Source of the DNA: Longimicrobiales bacterium | GTDB lineage: Bacteria; Gemmatimonadota; Gemmatimonadetes; Longimicrobiales; Gaopeijiaceae | Reading direction: 5' to 3' | NCBI GenBank assembly: GCA_965198065.1 | Contig: CBDAON010000004.1 | Location: 2,304,001 to 2,368,000 of the forward strand | Length of the DNA stretch: 64,000 nt | Part shown: positions 20,837 through 30,314 of the stretch, piece by piece | Layout of the letters: every line of letters starts with the position of its first letter | Numbering within the stretch: the first letter of the stretch is position 1 | Program-made: the position numbers and the translations under genes | Notes under the pieces: generated by a model | What the model was told of the DNA's origin: nothing | Databases searched by the model: none | The model's input: the letters and a program-made list of their open reading frames with translations, nothing else

Positions 20837-21315
20837 GGATCATGGTTTTGGTCGTGGGGAAGAATCGCGGAACGCTCGCGCCGGCGGTGCGCGAGTATGA
20901 GGAGAGGGCCTCCCGCTACTGGAAGCTGGAGGTAAGGGAGGTCGACGCCGGAAGCGGGCGTGGGTCGAGGTCGGACACCGAGGCTATCCGGCGAGCGGAA
21001 GGGCGGCGGCTTGCCGCGCGCATTCCGGAGGGTGGGGGCGTTTGGGCGCTCACGCGAGAGGGGAAAGGGACGTCGTCCGAGGGGCTGGCCCAGACGCTCG
21101 GCGCAGAGGCCGTCGCGGGCGGCCCGGGTGTCACGTTCCTGATTGGCGGAGCCTTCGGACTCGACCCCGAGTTGGTCCGGGGCGCGGACCACCGAGTCTC
21201 GCTCTCGATCTTGACCCTCCCCCACGCCTTCGCGCGCCTCCTCCTGGCGGAGCAGCTCTATCGGGCAGGCACCATCCTCCGAAACGAACCCTATCACAAG
21301 GGAGCCGCCGAGTGA
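20833..21315 (+). CDS. rlmH: 23S rRNA pseudouridine-1915 N3-methyltransferase
   Basis: FLIGGAFG, LTLPHAFARLLLAEQLYRA, PYHK. Confidence 0.93.
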   Translation: MRIMVLVVGKNRGTLAPAVREYEERASRYWKLEVREVDAGSGRGSRSDTEAIRRAEGRRLAARIPEGGGVWALTREGKGTSSEGLAQTLGAEAVAGGPGVTFLIGGAFGLDPELVRGADHRVSLSILTLPHAFARLLLAEQLYRAGTILRNEPYHKGAAE

Positions 21316-22919
21316 GAGTCGAGGCAAGGCGGCTGGCGGGAAACTCCCTGATCGAGGGCCTGGCCCAGGAGGACCCGGGCACGCTCTCGTTCTTCCCCGG
21401 CCGGCCCAGAGACCTGGAGGCGTATCGGGGGAAGGTCCGGGAAGTGGACGGGCGCTTCGACTCCGAGGCGCGGAAGGTGGCCGCGTCGAGCCTCACCGGG
21501 GGAGGGTTCGATGCTTCGGACCGCCTCCGATCCTTCGTCGAGGAGGACGGCCTGATGGTGACGACCGGGCAGCAGCCCGGTCTCTTCGGGGGTCCCCTCT
21601 ACGGGCTCTACAAGGGGATGACCGCGGTCGCGCTCGCGCGCCGACTGGAGGAGGCCCTGGATCGGCCCGTCCTCCCGGTGTTCTGGATCGCGTCGGAGGA
21701 CCACGACTGGGACGAGGCCCGAACGAGCTACGTGCTCGACCGCGAGAACGTGCTCCAGGAGGTGAGCCTCCCCGCTCGGGCCGGCTCCCCGGCTCCTTCC
21801 ATCTACCGGATCGCGCTGGGGCCGGAGGTGGACGAGGCGCGGCGCCGCTTCCTGGACCTCCACCCGGAGACCGAGTACCTGCGGCGCTGGCGAGAGGTCA
21901 TCGAGTCGGCCTACTTCCCCGGCGCGAACCTGGCCGACGCCTTCCAGCGCGTCCTGGACGCGCTCCTGGGGCCAAGCGGCCTGTTCCTCGTCCAGGCCCA
22001 CCACGGGGAGCTGAAGGCACGCTCCCTTCCAATCCTTCTCCGCGAGCTCCGCGAGACCGCTGAGCGCGTGCGCGCGCTCGAATCGCGGAGCCACGAGCTG
22101 GCCGGGGCAGGGCACCCCGTGCAGGTCCCGGTTCTGGAGGGCGCCTCGAACGTCTTCCTGGAGGGCCCCGGAGGTCGGGAGCGCCTCATCGTGGACGGGG
22201 AGGGGTTCCGACTCAGGGTCTCCGGAGTGCGCGTCACCCTCGCCGAGATCGAGGCCCGGGCTCGCGCGGATCCGCTCGCGCTCAGCCCGAACGTGCTCCT
22301 GCGCCCCGTGATCGAGGGCGCCCTCCTCCCCACGGTCGTCTACGTCGGGGGTCCGGCCGAGGCCGCGTACCACCCCCAGACCGACCCGGTCTTTGGGGCC
22401 CACGGGGTGGAGCGCCCCATCATGCACCCGCGAGCGAGCCTCCTTCTCCTCGAGGGGAAGATCGAGAAGGTGCTTGCAAAGATCGGTCTTTCGGTCGAGG
22501 ACCTGGCCCTCCCTGAGCACGAGGTCGCGCAGCGGTTTCTCCGCGACGGGATGCCTCCCCCAATCCAGGAGGCCATCGACGGGCTCCGGGACGCGATTGG
22601 AGCGAGGGTCCTCGAGCTCCAGGATGCCGTCCAACCGCTAGACCCGACCCTGCGCGGACCGGTCGAGTCCCTGCGGAATCAGGGGATGGGGCTGGTGGAC
22701 GACGTGGAGCGGAAGGTCGTTCAGAGCCTAAGGCGGCGAAACGAGGTTGGGCTCGCCCAGATCGCGAAGGCCCGCGCGCACCTCTATCCCATGGAGATGC
22801 CCCAGGAGCGCGTGCTGAATCCGTTCTACTACCTCGTGCGGTACGACGGCGACTTCCTCGCGGCGGTCGAGGAAGCGGCTCGGGCGGCTGTGCTTCCACC
22901 CGTTCCAAGCGCGACGTAG
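21312..22919 (+). CDS. bshC: Bacillithiol biosynthesis cysteine-adding enzyme
   Basis: TTGQQPGLFGGPLY, PVFWIASEDHDWDE, SPNVLLRP, YVGGPAE, PQERVLN. Confidence 0.9.
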   Translation: MRVEARRLAGNSLIEGLAQEDPGTLSFFPGRPRDLEAYRGKVREVDGRFDSEARKVAASSLTGGGFDASDRLRSFVEEDGLMVTTGQQPGLFGGPLYGLYKGMTAVALARRLEEALDRPVLPVFWIASEDHDWDEARTSYVLDRENVLQEVSLPARAGSPAPSIYRIALGPEVDEARRRFLDLHPETEYLRRWREVIESAYFPGANLADAFQRVLDALLGPSGLFLVQAHHGELKARSLPILLRELRETAERVRALESRSHELAGAGHPVQVPVLEGASNVFLEGPGGRERLIVDGEGFRLRVSGVRVTLAEIEARARADPLALSPNVLLRPVIEGALLPTVVYVGGPAEAAYHPQTDPVFGAHGVERPIMHPRASLLLLEGKIEKVLAKIGLSVEDLALPEHEVAQRFLRDGMPPPIQEAIDGLRDAIGARVLELQDAVQPLDPTLRGPVESLRNQGMGLVDDVERKVVQSLRRRNEVGLAQIAKARAHLYPMEMPQERVLNPFYYLVRYDGDFLAAVEEAARAAVLPPVPSAT

Positions 22920-22928
22920 CTTTCGCTC

Positions 22929-23216
22929 ATGTGGTGGCTCGTCATCATCGTTTTCGCGTTCCTGATTCCCGAGATCCTCTCGACCATCCTCGAGTCTCGA
23001 ATCGGCCGGGCCGTGGCCGCTCGGATCGAGAGTCGGGGTCGAGCCGGAGGTGCCGACCGCCTTCAGGACCGGGTCCGCTATCTCGAGGCGGAGGTTGATC
23101 GGCTGACCCAGGACGTTCAGCGGCTCACCGAAGAGACGGAGTTCTTCCAGAAGCTCCTGACCGAACGAGCTTCCGGGGGAGGCCCAGAGCACAACCCGGG
23201 CGATCGTGCTCCCTGA
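22929..23216 (+). CDS. Small membrane-anchored coiled-coil protein
   Basis: N-terminal hydrophobic helix followed by a heptad coil (LEAEVDRLTQDVQRLTEETEFF). Confidence 0.7.
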   Translation: MWWLVIIVFAFLIPEILSTILESRIGRAVAARIESRGRAGGADRLQDRVRYLEAEVDRLTQDVQRLTEETEFFQKLLTERASGGGPEHNPGDRAP

Positions 23217-24855
23217 CCCTCCGGGGGGAGAGGACCCGAGGGATCTCCCTCACCCCGGCCCGACTGCGGCCCCCGAACGGCCGATCGACGGCGCCCGGCA
23301 TCGCGCCCGGGCCTCGGGTCGTGTGGCGGCCGGCATCCTCGTGAGCCGGATCTCGGGACTCGCTCGTGAGGCCGTCTTCGCCCACTACTTCGGGGCCTCG
23401 GCGGTCGCGGACGTGTGGCGCGCCGCGCTCCGCACCCCGAATGTCCTCCAGAACCTGATGGGTGAGGGCACGCTCTCCGCGTCCTTCATTCCGGTCTACT
23501 CCGGGCTCCTGGGCGACCAGCGGAAGGAGGACGCGGCAGGGTTCGCGGGCGTGATCCTCGGCCTCCTGACCGTGGCGGCCGGGGCCCTCGCCTTCCTCGG
23601 CATCCTCGTCGCTCCGCTCCTCGTCGCCGTCCTTTTCGCCGGGTTCGATCCCGAACGGCAGGCCCTCACGATCGAGCTGGTCCGGATCCTGTTCCCGATG
23701 ACGGCCCTCCTGGTCGTCTCGGCCTGGTCCCTCGGGGTCCTGAACTCGCACCGCCGGTTCTTTCTTCCGTACGTGGCTCCGCTGGGGTGGAACGCGTCAA
23801 TGATCGGCGCCATGCTCGCAGGGTCGATCGGACTCGGGGCCTCGGGCGACCGACTGGCCCACGTTCTGGCCTGGGGCGCCCTGCTCGGGGCTGGCGTGCA
23901 ACTCGGAGTGCAGCTTCCGGCGGCCGTTCGGCTCGCGGGCCGGCTCCGGCCGTCGCTCTCCCTCCAGATCCACGGAGTTCGCGAGTGCCTTCGGAATCTC
24001 GCGCCGGTGGTAGCGGCCCGCGGCGCCGTCAACCTGAGCGGGTACTTCGACTACTTTCTTGCCGCGTTCCTCACGACCGGAGCGGTGGCCGTCCTCGGAT
24101 ACGCACAGACGCTCTACCTCCTGCCCATCTCCCTCTTCGCGCTGTCGGTCGCCGCGTCGGAGCTGCCGGAGCTCTCCAGGGATCGGCTCGGGGCGACAAA
24201 GCGGCTGACGAGCGACGTGGGGCGCGGGGTGGAGCGGGTCCTCTACTTCCTGGCCCCGAGCGCCGCGATCTATCTGTTGGTCGGGGACGCGATCGTAGGG
24301 GCGCTCTTCCAGCGGGGAGCCTTCGGCCCCGACGAGGTGCGGGTCACCTGGGTCGTGCTCGCTGCGTACGCCCTCGGGATGCCCGCGTCGGCCGTCTCCC
24401 GCCTCCTCTCCTCCGCGTTCTACGCTCTCCGCGACACGCGGACGCCGGCGCGCGCCGCCTACCTCCGGGTGGCGCTGTCCACCGTGATCGGGGTCGCGGT
24501 GATGGTTCCGATGGACCGCGTGGCTGTCGGGAGCCTCCGGCTCGGCGCCGCGGGGCTCGCCGTGGGGGCTTCGGTCGGTGCGTGGACCGAGTGGTTCCTT
24601 CTCAGACGCGCTCTCGGGCGCCGGCTCGGATCGCCGCCGGGCGTGGCCCCGGCTCGCGTGGCCCGGATTCTCGTTGCCGCATGCGTGGCCGGGGGCGCGA
24701 GCCTCGCCGCGAGGACGGCGCTCGATCCCTTCCACCCCTGGATCCTGGTGACCGGAACGCTTCTCGCGGGCGGGGGGGTATACCTCGCCGTCACTGCCGC
24801 CCTCGGAGTCTCGGGTCCCCTCCGGGACCTCTTTCCCGGCCCCGACGGAGCCTGA
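23206..24855 (+). CDS. murJ: Lipid II flippase MurJ
   Basis: SRISGLARE, PNVLQNLMGEGTLSASFIP, FYALRDTRTP, many TM helices. Confidence 0.93.
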   Translation: MLPDPPGGEDPRDLPHPGPTAAPERPIDGARHRARASGRVAAGILVSRISGLAREAVFAHYFGASAVADVWRAALRTPNVLQNLMGEGTLSASFIPVYSGLLGDQRKEDAAGFAGVILGLLTVAAGALAFLGILVAPLLVAVLFAGFDPERQALTIELVRILFPMTALLVVSAWSLGVLNSHRRFFLPYVAPLGWNASMIGAMLAGSIGLGASGDRLAHVLAWGALLGAGVQLGVQLPAAVRLAGRLRPSLSLQIHGVRECLRNLAPVVAARGAVNLSGYFDYFLAAFLTTGAVAVLGYAQTLYLLPISLFALSVAASELPELSRDRLGATKRLTSDVGRGVERVLYFLAPSAAIYLLVGDAIVGALFQRGAFGPDEVRVTWVVLAAYALGMPASAVSRLLSSAFYALRDTRTPARAAYLRVALSTVIGVAVMVPMDRVAVGSLRLGAAGLAVGASVGAWTEWFLLRRALGRRLGSPPGVAPARVARILVAACVAGGASLAARTALDPFHPWILVTGTLLAGGGVYLAVTAALGVSGPLRDLFPGPDGA

Positions 24856-24890
24856 GCCGGTCCGGCTCCGATTCTCAGGCTGGGTTTGCG

Positions 24891-26759
24891 ATGATCGACC
24901 GCGGGACCCTGAGCCACCTTCCCACGTCACCGGGGGCCTACCTCTTCCGAGACGTCTCCGACCAGATCCTATACATCGGGAAGGCGAAGTCGCTTAGGGG
25001 GCGGGTTCGAAGCTACTTCCAGAACGACCGGAGCCGGGGCGCCCGCCTGCGGGAGCTGGTCAACAGGGCCGAGCGGGTCGAAACCATCGTGGTGGACTCG
25101 GAGGCGGAAGCCCTGATCCTCGAGGCCAACCTCATCCGGGAGCATCGGCCTCCCTTCAACATCCAGCTGCGGGACGACAAGCGGTACCCGTTCATCAAGG
25201 TCACCGTCCAGGAGCCGTTCCCGCAGGTCTTCGTGACGAGGAAGGTCCGAAGGGACGGATCCAGGTACCTCGGTCCGTTTACCTCGGTCGGGCCGCTCCG
25301 GCAGGCGCTGGAGGTCGTCAAGCGCCTCTACACGGTCCGATCCTGCCGGTACGCGCTCCCGAAGGAAGGGCCGCCCCGGCCTTGCCTCGACTACCACATC
25401 GGGAAGTGCAAAGCGCCCTGCGTGGGCCTCCAGTCCGAGGAAGAGTACCGGAGCATGATCGGAGAGATCATCCGCGTGCTCGAGGGCGACACGGACGAGC
25501 TTCGACAGGCCGCCGAAGAGCGGATGCAGGCGGCGGCTCGCGAGCTTCGTTTCGAGGAGGCGGCCCGACAGCGGGACGTTGTCCTGGGGCTCGAGGCCAT
25601 CGCGATCGACCAGCGTGCCGAGCGGGTCCCGGGCGGCAGCCAGGACGTCGTGGGACTTGCCCGGGACGGGTCCCTGGGGTCGGCGGTCCTCCTGCGGGTC
25701 CGCAGCGGGACCCTCCTCGGGCGCGAGAGCCACCGCTACAGCGATCTCGAGAACGAGTCCGAAGCCGAGCTCCTCGAGGCCTTCATGACGCGGCACTACC
25801 TCGGCCGCCCCGACGGGGGCGGGGACCTCCCGGCCGAGATCCTCCTTCCGGGCAGGTTTCGGGGCTGGAAGGTCTTCGAGCAGGTGCTCTCCGAGCGGGC
25901 CGGCCGACGGGTCCGGCTGAGGGTGCCCGAGCGCGGCGAAAAGCTGAGGATGGCGCGACTGGCCGCGACCAACGCGCGCCACCTCCTCGAGGAGCGGGTC
26001 ACCGCCCTCGAAGTGGCCCCGGACCGCGCCGAGGAGATCCTCTATGAGCTCCAGGACCGGCTCCGAATGAAGGTGGTTCCGCGACTTATCGCCTGCCTCG
26101 ACGTGTCGCACACGCAGGGCAGCGAGCTCGTGGCCAGCGTCGTCGTGTTCGAAAACGGCGAGCCCAAGCGTGGACTCTACCGGCGCATGCGGATCCGCGG
26201 CGAGTGGAGGAACGACGACTACCGCTCGATGGCGGAGGCGTCAGAGCGGTACCTCGGGCGGCGCCTTCGGGAGGGTGACCCTCTCCCCGAGCTCCTCGTC
26301 TTGGACGGGGGAAGGGGCCAGCTGTCCGCGGTCGAGCCCATTCTGAAGGAGCTAGGCGTCCCCGAGGTGAACCTCGTCGCCCTGGCCAAGAAGAACGAGG
26401 ACATACTGATCTCCGGCCGAAAGGAGCCCTTGCGCCTCCCACGACGGGATCCCGCGCTCCGCCTCCTTCAACGTCTCCGGAACGAGGCCCACCGGTTCGC
26501 GATCTCCTACAACCGGCACCTGCGCGGCCGCCGCACGGTGTGGAGCGCCCTCGAGGAGATCCCAGGCGTAGGACCATCGCGCCAACGTGCCCTCCTCACC
26601 CGGTTCGGATCCGTGAAGGCGATCCGCGAGGCGAGCGTGGACGCCCTCTCGGCCGTGCCCGGCATCTCGACGACCCTCGCTCGCCGAATCCTCTCCCATC
26701 TGGGAGCGGACGCCGGCGGTAATGGGTCACCCATTACCGACGCTGGCCCGATCAATTGA
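24891..26759 (+). CDS. uvrC: Excinuclease ABC subunit C
   Basis: GIY-YIG (PGAYLF..YIGKAKSL), DDKRYP, DGGRGQL, RNEAHRFA, HhH tail. Confidence 0.95.
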   Translation: MIDRGTLSHLPTSPGAYLFRDVSDQILYIGKAKSLRGRVRSYFQNDRSRGARLRELVNRAERVETIVVDSEAEALILEANLIREHRPPFNIQLRDDKRYPFIKVTVQEPFPQVFVTRKVRRDGSRYLGPFTSVGPLRQALEVVKRLYTVRSCRYALPKEGPPRPCLDYHIGKCKAPCVGLQSEEEYRSMIGEIIRVLEGDTDELRQAAEERMQAAARELRFEEAARQRDVVLGLEAIAIDQRAERVPGGSQDVVGLARDGSLGSAVLLRVRSGTLLGRESHRYSDLENESEAELLEAFMTRHYLGRPDGGGDLPAEILLPGRFRGWKVFEQVLSERAGRRVRLRVPERGEKLRMARLAATNARHLLEERVTALEVAPDRAEEILYELQDRLRMKVVPRLIACLDVSHTQGSELVASVVVFENGEPKRGLYRRMRIRGEWRNDDYRSMAEASERYLGRRLREGDPLPELLVLDGGRGQLSAVEPILKELGVPEVNLVALAKKNEDILISGRKEPLRLPRRDPALRLLQRLRNEAHRFAISYNRHLRGRRTVWSALEEIPGVGPSRQRALLTRFGSVKAIREASVDALSAVPGISTTLARRILSHLGADAGGNGSPITDAGPIN

Positions 26760-26785
26760 CTCATGCTACGGACCTCCGGTAGCTT
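26717..26785 (+). promoter_or_regulatory. Putative sigma70-type promoter with an upstream 23-bp palindrome
   Basis: CGGTAATGGGT-C-ACCCATTACCG (26717-26739); TTGACT (26756-61), 18 nt, TAGCTT (26780-85), ahead of the TPR gene. Confidence 0.5.
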
Positions 26786-26873
26786 CCCGGTTTATTCATC
26801 GACCAGGCGGGTCGGATGGGCTCGCCGGCCGGGCCCAGCTGATGGGTTGGTTCGCTCTCTCTAGGAGGATTGT

Positions 26874-28340
26874 ATGAGTTCCCGAATCGCCATTCCGAGC
26901 CTTATGGTTTTGGCCCTCGGACTCGGAGGCTGCGCCGCAGGCGCGGCGGGAGGGGGCGGGGCAGGAGCTGCCGCTGCTGCCGCGCAGATCGACACGGACG
27001 ACCTCCCGGAATGGGCCCTGGCGCTTCCGGAAGGTACGCCGCCCCGTGACAACGATCAGACGAACGAAGCGGCTCTGGCGCTGTTCCAGGCCAGCTCCAC
27101 GCCCGACGAGGCCCGGATGGCGACGTTCTTCCAGGATGCGCTGGCCATGGCCGAGGCGGGGATCGCCGCGGATCCGGGCAACCCGCAGTCGCATCTCCAG
27201 GCCGGCGAGGCGCACCTCGGGCTCGGGAACCTCGAGGAAGCCGGTCAGGCGTTCGATCGAGCCGAGGAGCTCTACCCGCTCTACGTGCTGGACACCCGGT
27301 TCCTGCGCGAGGAGGCCTGGATCGACGCCTACAATGAGGGGGTCGCGGTCGTCGAGTCCGACCCGGCGGCTGCTCAGCCTCACTTCGAGCGCGCTCACGC
27401 CGTGTACCGGGGTCGTCCGGAGGCCATGTTCCAGCTCGGACAGTTCTACATCGAGCAGGCACGGAACAGCGACGCGATCGAGGTCTATTCCCAGGCGCTC
27501 GAGGCCATCCGGAGCCCGGCCGGCCGGGAGGGAATCGACCCGGAACCGCTGGTCGCTTGGGATGCGGCCGTCCAGCCGATCCTCTTCAGCCTGGGCCAGC
27601 TGTACATGTCGGAGCAGCGCTACGCTGAGGCCATCGAAACGTACGACGAGATCCTCGAGTCGAATCCGGGCGATCTCACGGCCACCTCGAACCTGGCGGG
27701 TGCCCTCGTCTCCGAGGGGGAGACGGAGCGGGCCAACGCGGTGCTGAACCAGCTCCTCAGCCGCACCGACCTTTCCTCCCGGCAGTCCTTCGCGGTGGGC
27801 CTGGGCCTGTTCGAGGCAGATCAGTACGCGCAGGCGGCCCGCGCCTTCGGGCAGGCGTCCGTGGGCATGCCGGGGGATCACCAGACCCTGTTCATGCACG
27901 CTCAGTCCCTCTACTTCAACGCCCTGGAGGCGGGGGGGAGCTGGCAAGAGGTGATCCCGGCCGCCGAGCGGCTCCTGACGGTGGATACGCACAGCAGGAA
28001 CTCCATCCTCTTCCTATACCAGGCGCTCTCGAACATCCAGAACACGGAGAGAGCCAACGAGGTCGCGGTGCTCTACGACGTGCTCCCCTTCGAGGTGACG
28101 GGCCTTCAGCTCGCGACCGATCAGGGCGCCGCAGCCGTGGGCGGGCAGGTGACGAACCTCACGTCGGCGCCGGGGACGTCCGTGACGATTCGCATCACGT
28201 TCTTTGACGAGAACGGAGCCCAGGTAGGGACGGGCGACACGACGCTGAGCCTTGGGGGTGCCGAGGAGTTCGTGGACTTCCAGGTGGACGCGTCAACCAC
28301 CGGTACCGTGGCCGGATACCGCTACGAGGTGGTGAACTGA
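26874..28340 (+). CDS. TPR-repeat lipoprotein with C-terminal beta (FxLYD-like) domain
   Basis: AGGAGG RBS, lipobox LGGC, several TPR-like helical pairs, C-terminal G.VTN...FFDENG beta-rich domain. Confidence 0.75.
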   Translation: MSSRIAIPSLMVLALGLGGCAAGAAGGGGAGAAAAAAQIDTDDLPEWALALPEGTPPRDNDQTNEAALALFQASSTPDEARMATFFQDALAMAEAGIAADPGNPQSHLQAGEAHLGLGNLEEAGQAFDRAEELYPLYVLDTRFLREEAWIDAYNEGVAVVESDPAAAQPHFERAHAVYRGRPEAMFQLGQFYIEQARNSDAIEVYSQALEAIRSPAGREGIDPEPLVAWDAAVQPILFSLGQLYMSEQRYAEAIETYDEILESNPGDLTATSNLAGALVSEGETERANAVLNQLLSRTDLSSRQSFAVGLGLFEADQYAQAARAFGQASVGMPGDHQTLFMHAQSLYFNALEAGGSWQEVIPAAERLLTVDTHSRNSILFLYQALSNIQNTERANEVAVLYDVLPFEVTGLQLATDQGAAAVGGQVTNLTSAPGTSVTIRITFFDENGAQVGTGDTTLSLGGAEEFVDFQVDASTTGTVAGYRYEVVN

Positions 28341-28402
28341 CCCGATCCGTACCGAGAGCTTGAACGGCGGGGCTCCTCGAGGGGGGGGCGCTGCCGCGGT
28401 TT

Positions 28403-28475
28403 GCGGGCGTAGCTCAGTTGGTAGAGCATCAGCTTCCCAAGCTGAGGGTCGCCGGTTCGAGCCCGGTCGCCCGCT
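28403..28475 (+). tRNA. tRNA-Gly (anticodon CCC), CCA not encoded
   Basis: Acceptor stem GCGGGCG/CGCCCGC, D-arm AGCTCAGTTGGTAGAGC, anticodon arm TCAGC-TTCCCAA-GCTGA, T-loop GGTTCGA. Confidence 0.96.
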
Positions 28476-28773
28476 TTGGGTGACCCCCCGATACCGCCGT
28501 CCCCCCGGCCGGCGTTTGACCGGCCTCTGAGCCTCTCTGAGCCACGCAGACCCACCGCGCGCGGACGACAACTCGTCGTTCGGCACCGAACTGGGACTTG
28601 CCCGCCGTGAACACGCTCCGGCTCCGCTCCGCCATGGGTCGGGCGAGTCTCGACGGCGCGGCGCTGGATGAAGGCCTGTACACTAGGTCTCGCCAAACCC
28701 GAACATGGACATTCAGTGGCCGACCGAACGCCTGACTGCGAACACTCGCTTATTTGAGGCCTAGCTCAGCCGC

Positions 28774-29661
28774 CTACAGGTTTCGGTTCGAAAACTCTGC
28801 TTCGTCCTTGGCACCTTGGTGGCATTCGGCCCGTCCGGCGGCGTTCGAAATCCGATCGCACAGCTGCTGGGTGCGTGCCAGGTCATGTTTGTAGTAGAAC
28901 ATCCCAATCTCTCCGATGTTCAGGTAGCAAAGACTGAAATGGGTGGCGGTGAGGCTGAGGCCTTCGCACGCAAGCGGCGCGGCCTGCTCATACGCGGCCT
29001 CCTCCAGCTCGAGGTAGTTCATGGCGTTCTGCATGAAGACGCCGCCGTCGCACCGGTGGCGCGCCTGCGCGGTCAGGAGTTCTTGGCAGTGTTCGAGCGA
29101 CTCCGTGATATCATGGTCGTGCTTGTACATGAGCCCATGCCCGACGCCGTGGACGCACGCGTCGTATCGTTGGGGATCGGTCAGGAGCCCGTCGCACAAG
29201 TGGGCTAGGTCGACGTCAGGCAACACGTGGTCGTGCGGGCCCGGCGTCTTGTCGCCGCCGATGGCGGACTCGACGACTCCGTGGTAGTACCCATTGCTGC
29301 AGACGCCCTCGCCGAGGAGGAACGTTCGAGTCAGGTCGTGCCGGTACTCGTAATGGAAGGCCGCGTGGCCGAAGTGGTGGGCGAATATGTGACAGTCGTC
29401 GATTGTTCCGTCCACGTCCAGACTGTGGAGTTGAAGCAGGAAGCCCCGCTGGTCGTCCGCCGCCAGCGCTTCTTCGAACAGCGGCTCCAGGCATGCAAGT
29501 TGCGCCGCGGTCGAATCTAAGACGACGCATTCGGCCAACGCGGCGAGACGCGGGTCAGTCGGGCTGGCCGCGCAGCCGGCCAGAAGGGCAGCGGACACCA
29601 CAAACAGGGTTGCCCCCGCCGCTCCGTTCCGACCGCAGAAACCGAACATGGTTTTGAGCAT
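28774..29661 (-). CDS. Cys/His-rich putative lipoprotein of unknown function
   Basis: Lipobox LAGC; repeated CH..AHHFGH, CSNGYYHG, CVHGVGHG, CDGGVFMQN motifs; AGGAGG RBS upstream. Confidence 0.75.
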   Translation of the reverse strand: MLKTMFGFCGRNGAAGATLFVVSAALLAGCAASPTDPRLAALAECVVLDSTAAQLACLEPLFEEALAADDQRGFLLQLHSLDVDGTIDDCHIFAHHFGHAAFHYEYRHDLTRTFLLGEGVCSNGYYHGVVESAIGGDKTPGPHDHVLPDVDLAHLCDGLLTDPQRYDACVHGVGHGLMYKHDHDITESLEHCQELLTAQARHRCDGGVFMQNAMNYLELEEAAYEQAAPLACEGLSLTATHFSLCYLNIGEIGMFYYKHDLARTQQLCDRISNAAGRAECHQGAKDEAEFSNRNL

Positions 29662-29713
29662 GTCCCTATACCTCCTGTTGAGCGATCAACCTCGGGCCTT
29701 GTGCCCGCAACGA

Positions 29714-30137
29714 AAGGAGCCACCGCCCTGGCCAAAGAATCCACAGGGTCGACCCCGTCGTCAAGCGTGGTGTGGGAGCAGCTGGAGGACTTTGCCCGAG
29801 GGCAGGTGCAGGCGTTCATCCAGCGGATGTTCGAGGTGGTGGTGGAGCTGCTGGGTTGCGAGAAGTCGGAGCGACGAGAGCCCGGGTCCGAGCGAGCGTA
29901 TCGGAATGGATATGCGGAACGATCACGCCGAGAGGGCCGCGGGTGCGGGGTATGGAGGAGCGGTTCGAGAGCCGGATCCTGCTGGTGCTCAAGCGGCGCA
30001 CGGAAGAGGTGAGCGAGCTTTTGCCGCAGCTCTACCTGCACGGCCTGGCGCTCGGTGACTTCGAGCTCTCCCTGCCGGGACTCTTGGGATAAGGGGCGCC
30101 GCTGTCGGCGGCCTCGATCCCCCGGCTGAAGGCGCAG
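29714..30137 (+). pseudogene. IS256-family transposase 5' remnant
   Basis: WEQLEDFARGQVQAFIQ..YRNGY, then in another frame RVRG.EERFESR..LPQLYLHGLALGDFE..LLG*GAPLSAASI.RLK; frameshifted, internal stop, truncated. Confidence 0.8.
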
Positions 30138-30314
30138 CCCCTCCCGGCTGCCCTCCCTACGACCGATCTCTGGAACCTCCCCTCCTGCCTCCGCCTCGAT
30201 GAGGGTTCGAGTCGAGCTCGAGCCCGTCCTGCCAGATCATCTAAGATACGTATGTACACGTAGATAAGTATCATCGCCGTGACCGTGACCTGCCCCGAAG
30301 AGCGGTACCACAAC

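Noticed and set aside
23787..24890. 990-aa UvrC with a long N-terminal extension
   Set aside because: The extension is an alternate frame of murJ; UvrC motifs begin after ATG 24891.
28660..28685. IS256 fragment suggested by a VQAFIQR match to 29806-29826
   Set aside because: The match is only about 20 nt and does not extend; it may be chance.
28293..28696. Minus-strand ORFs over the tRNA
   Set aside because: They are antisense translations of tRNA-Gly and its flanks with no protein features.
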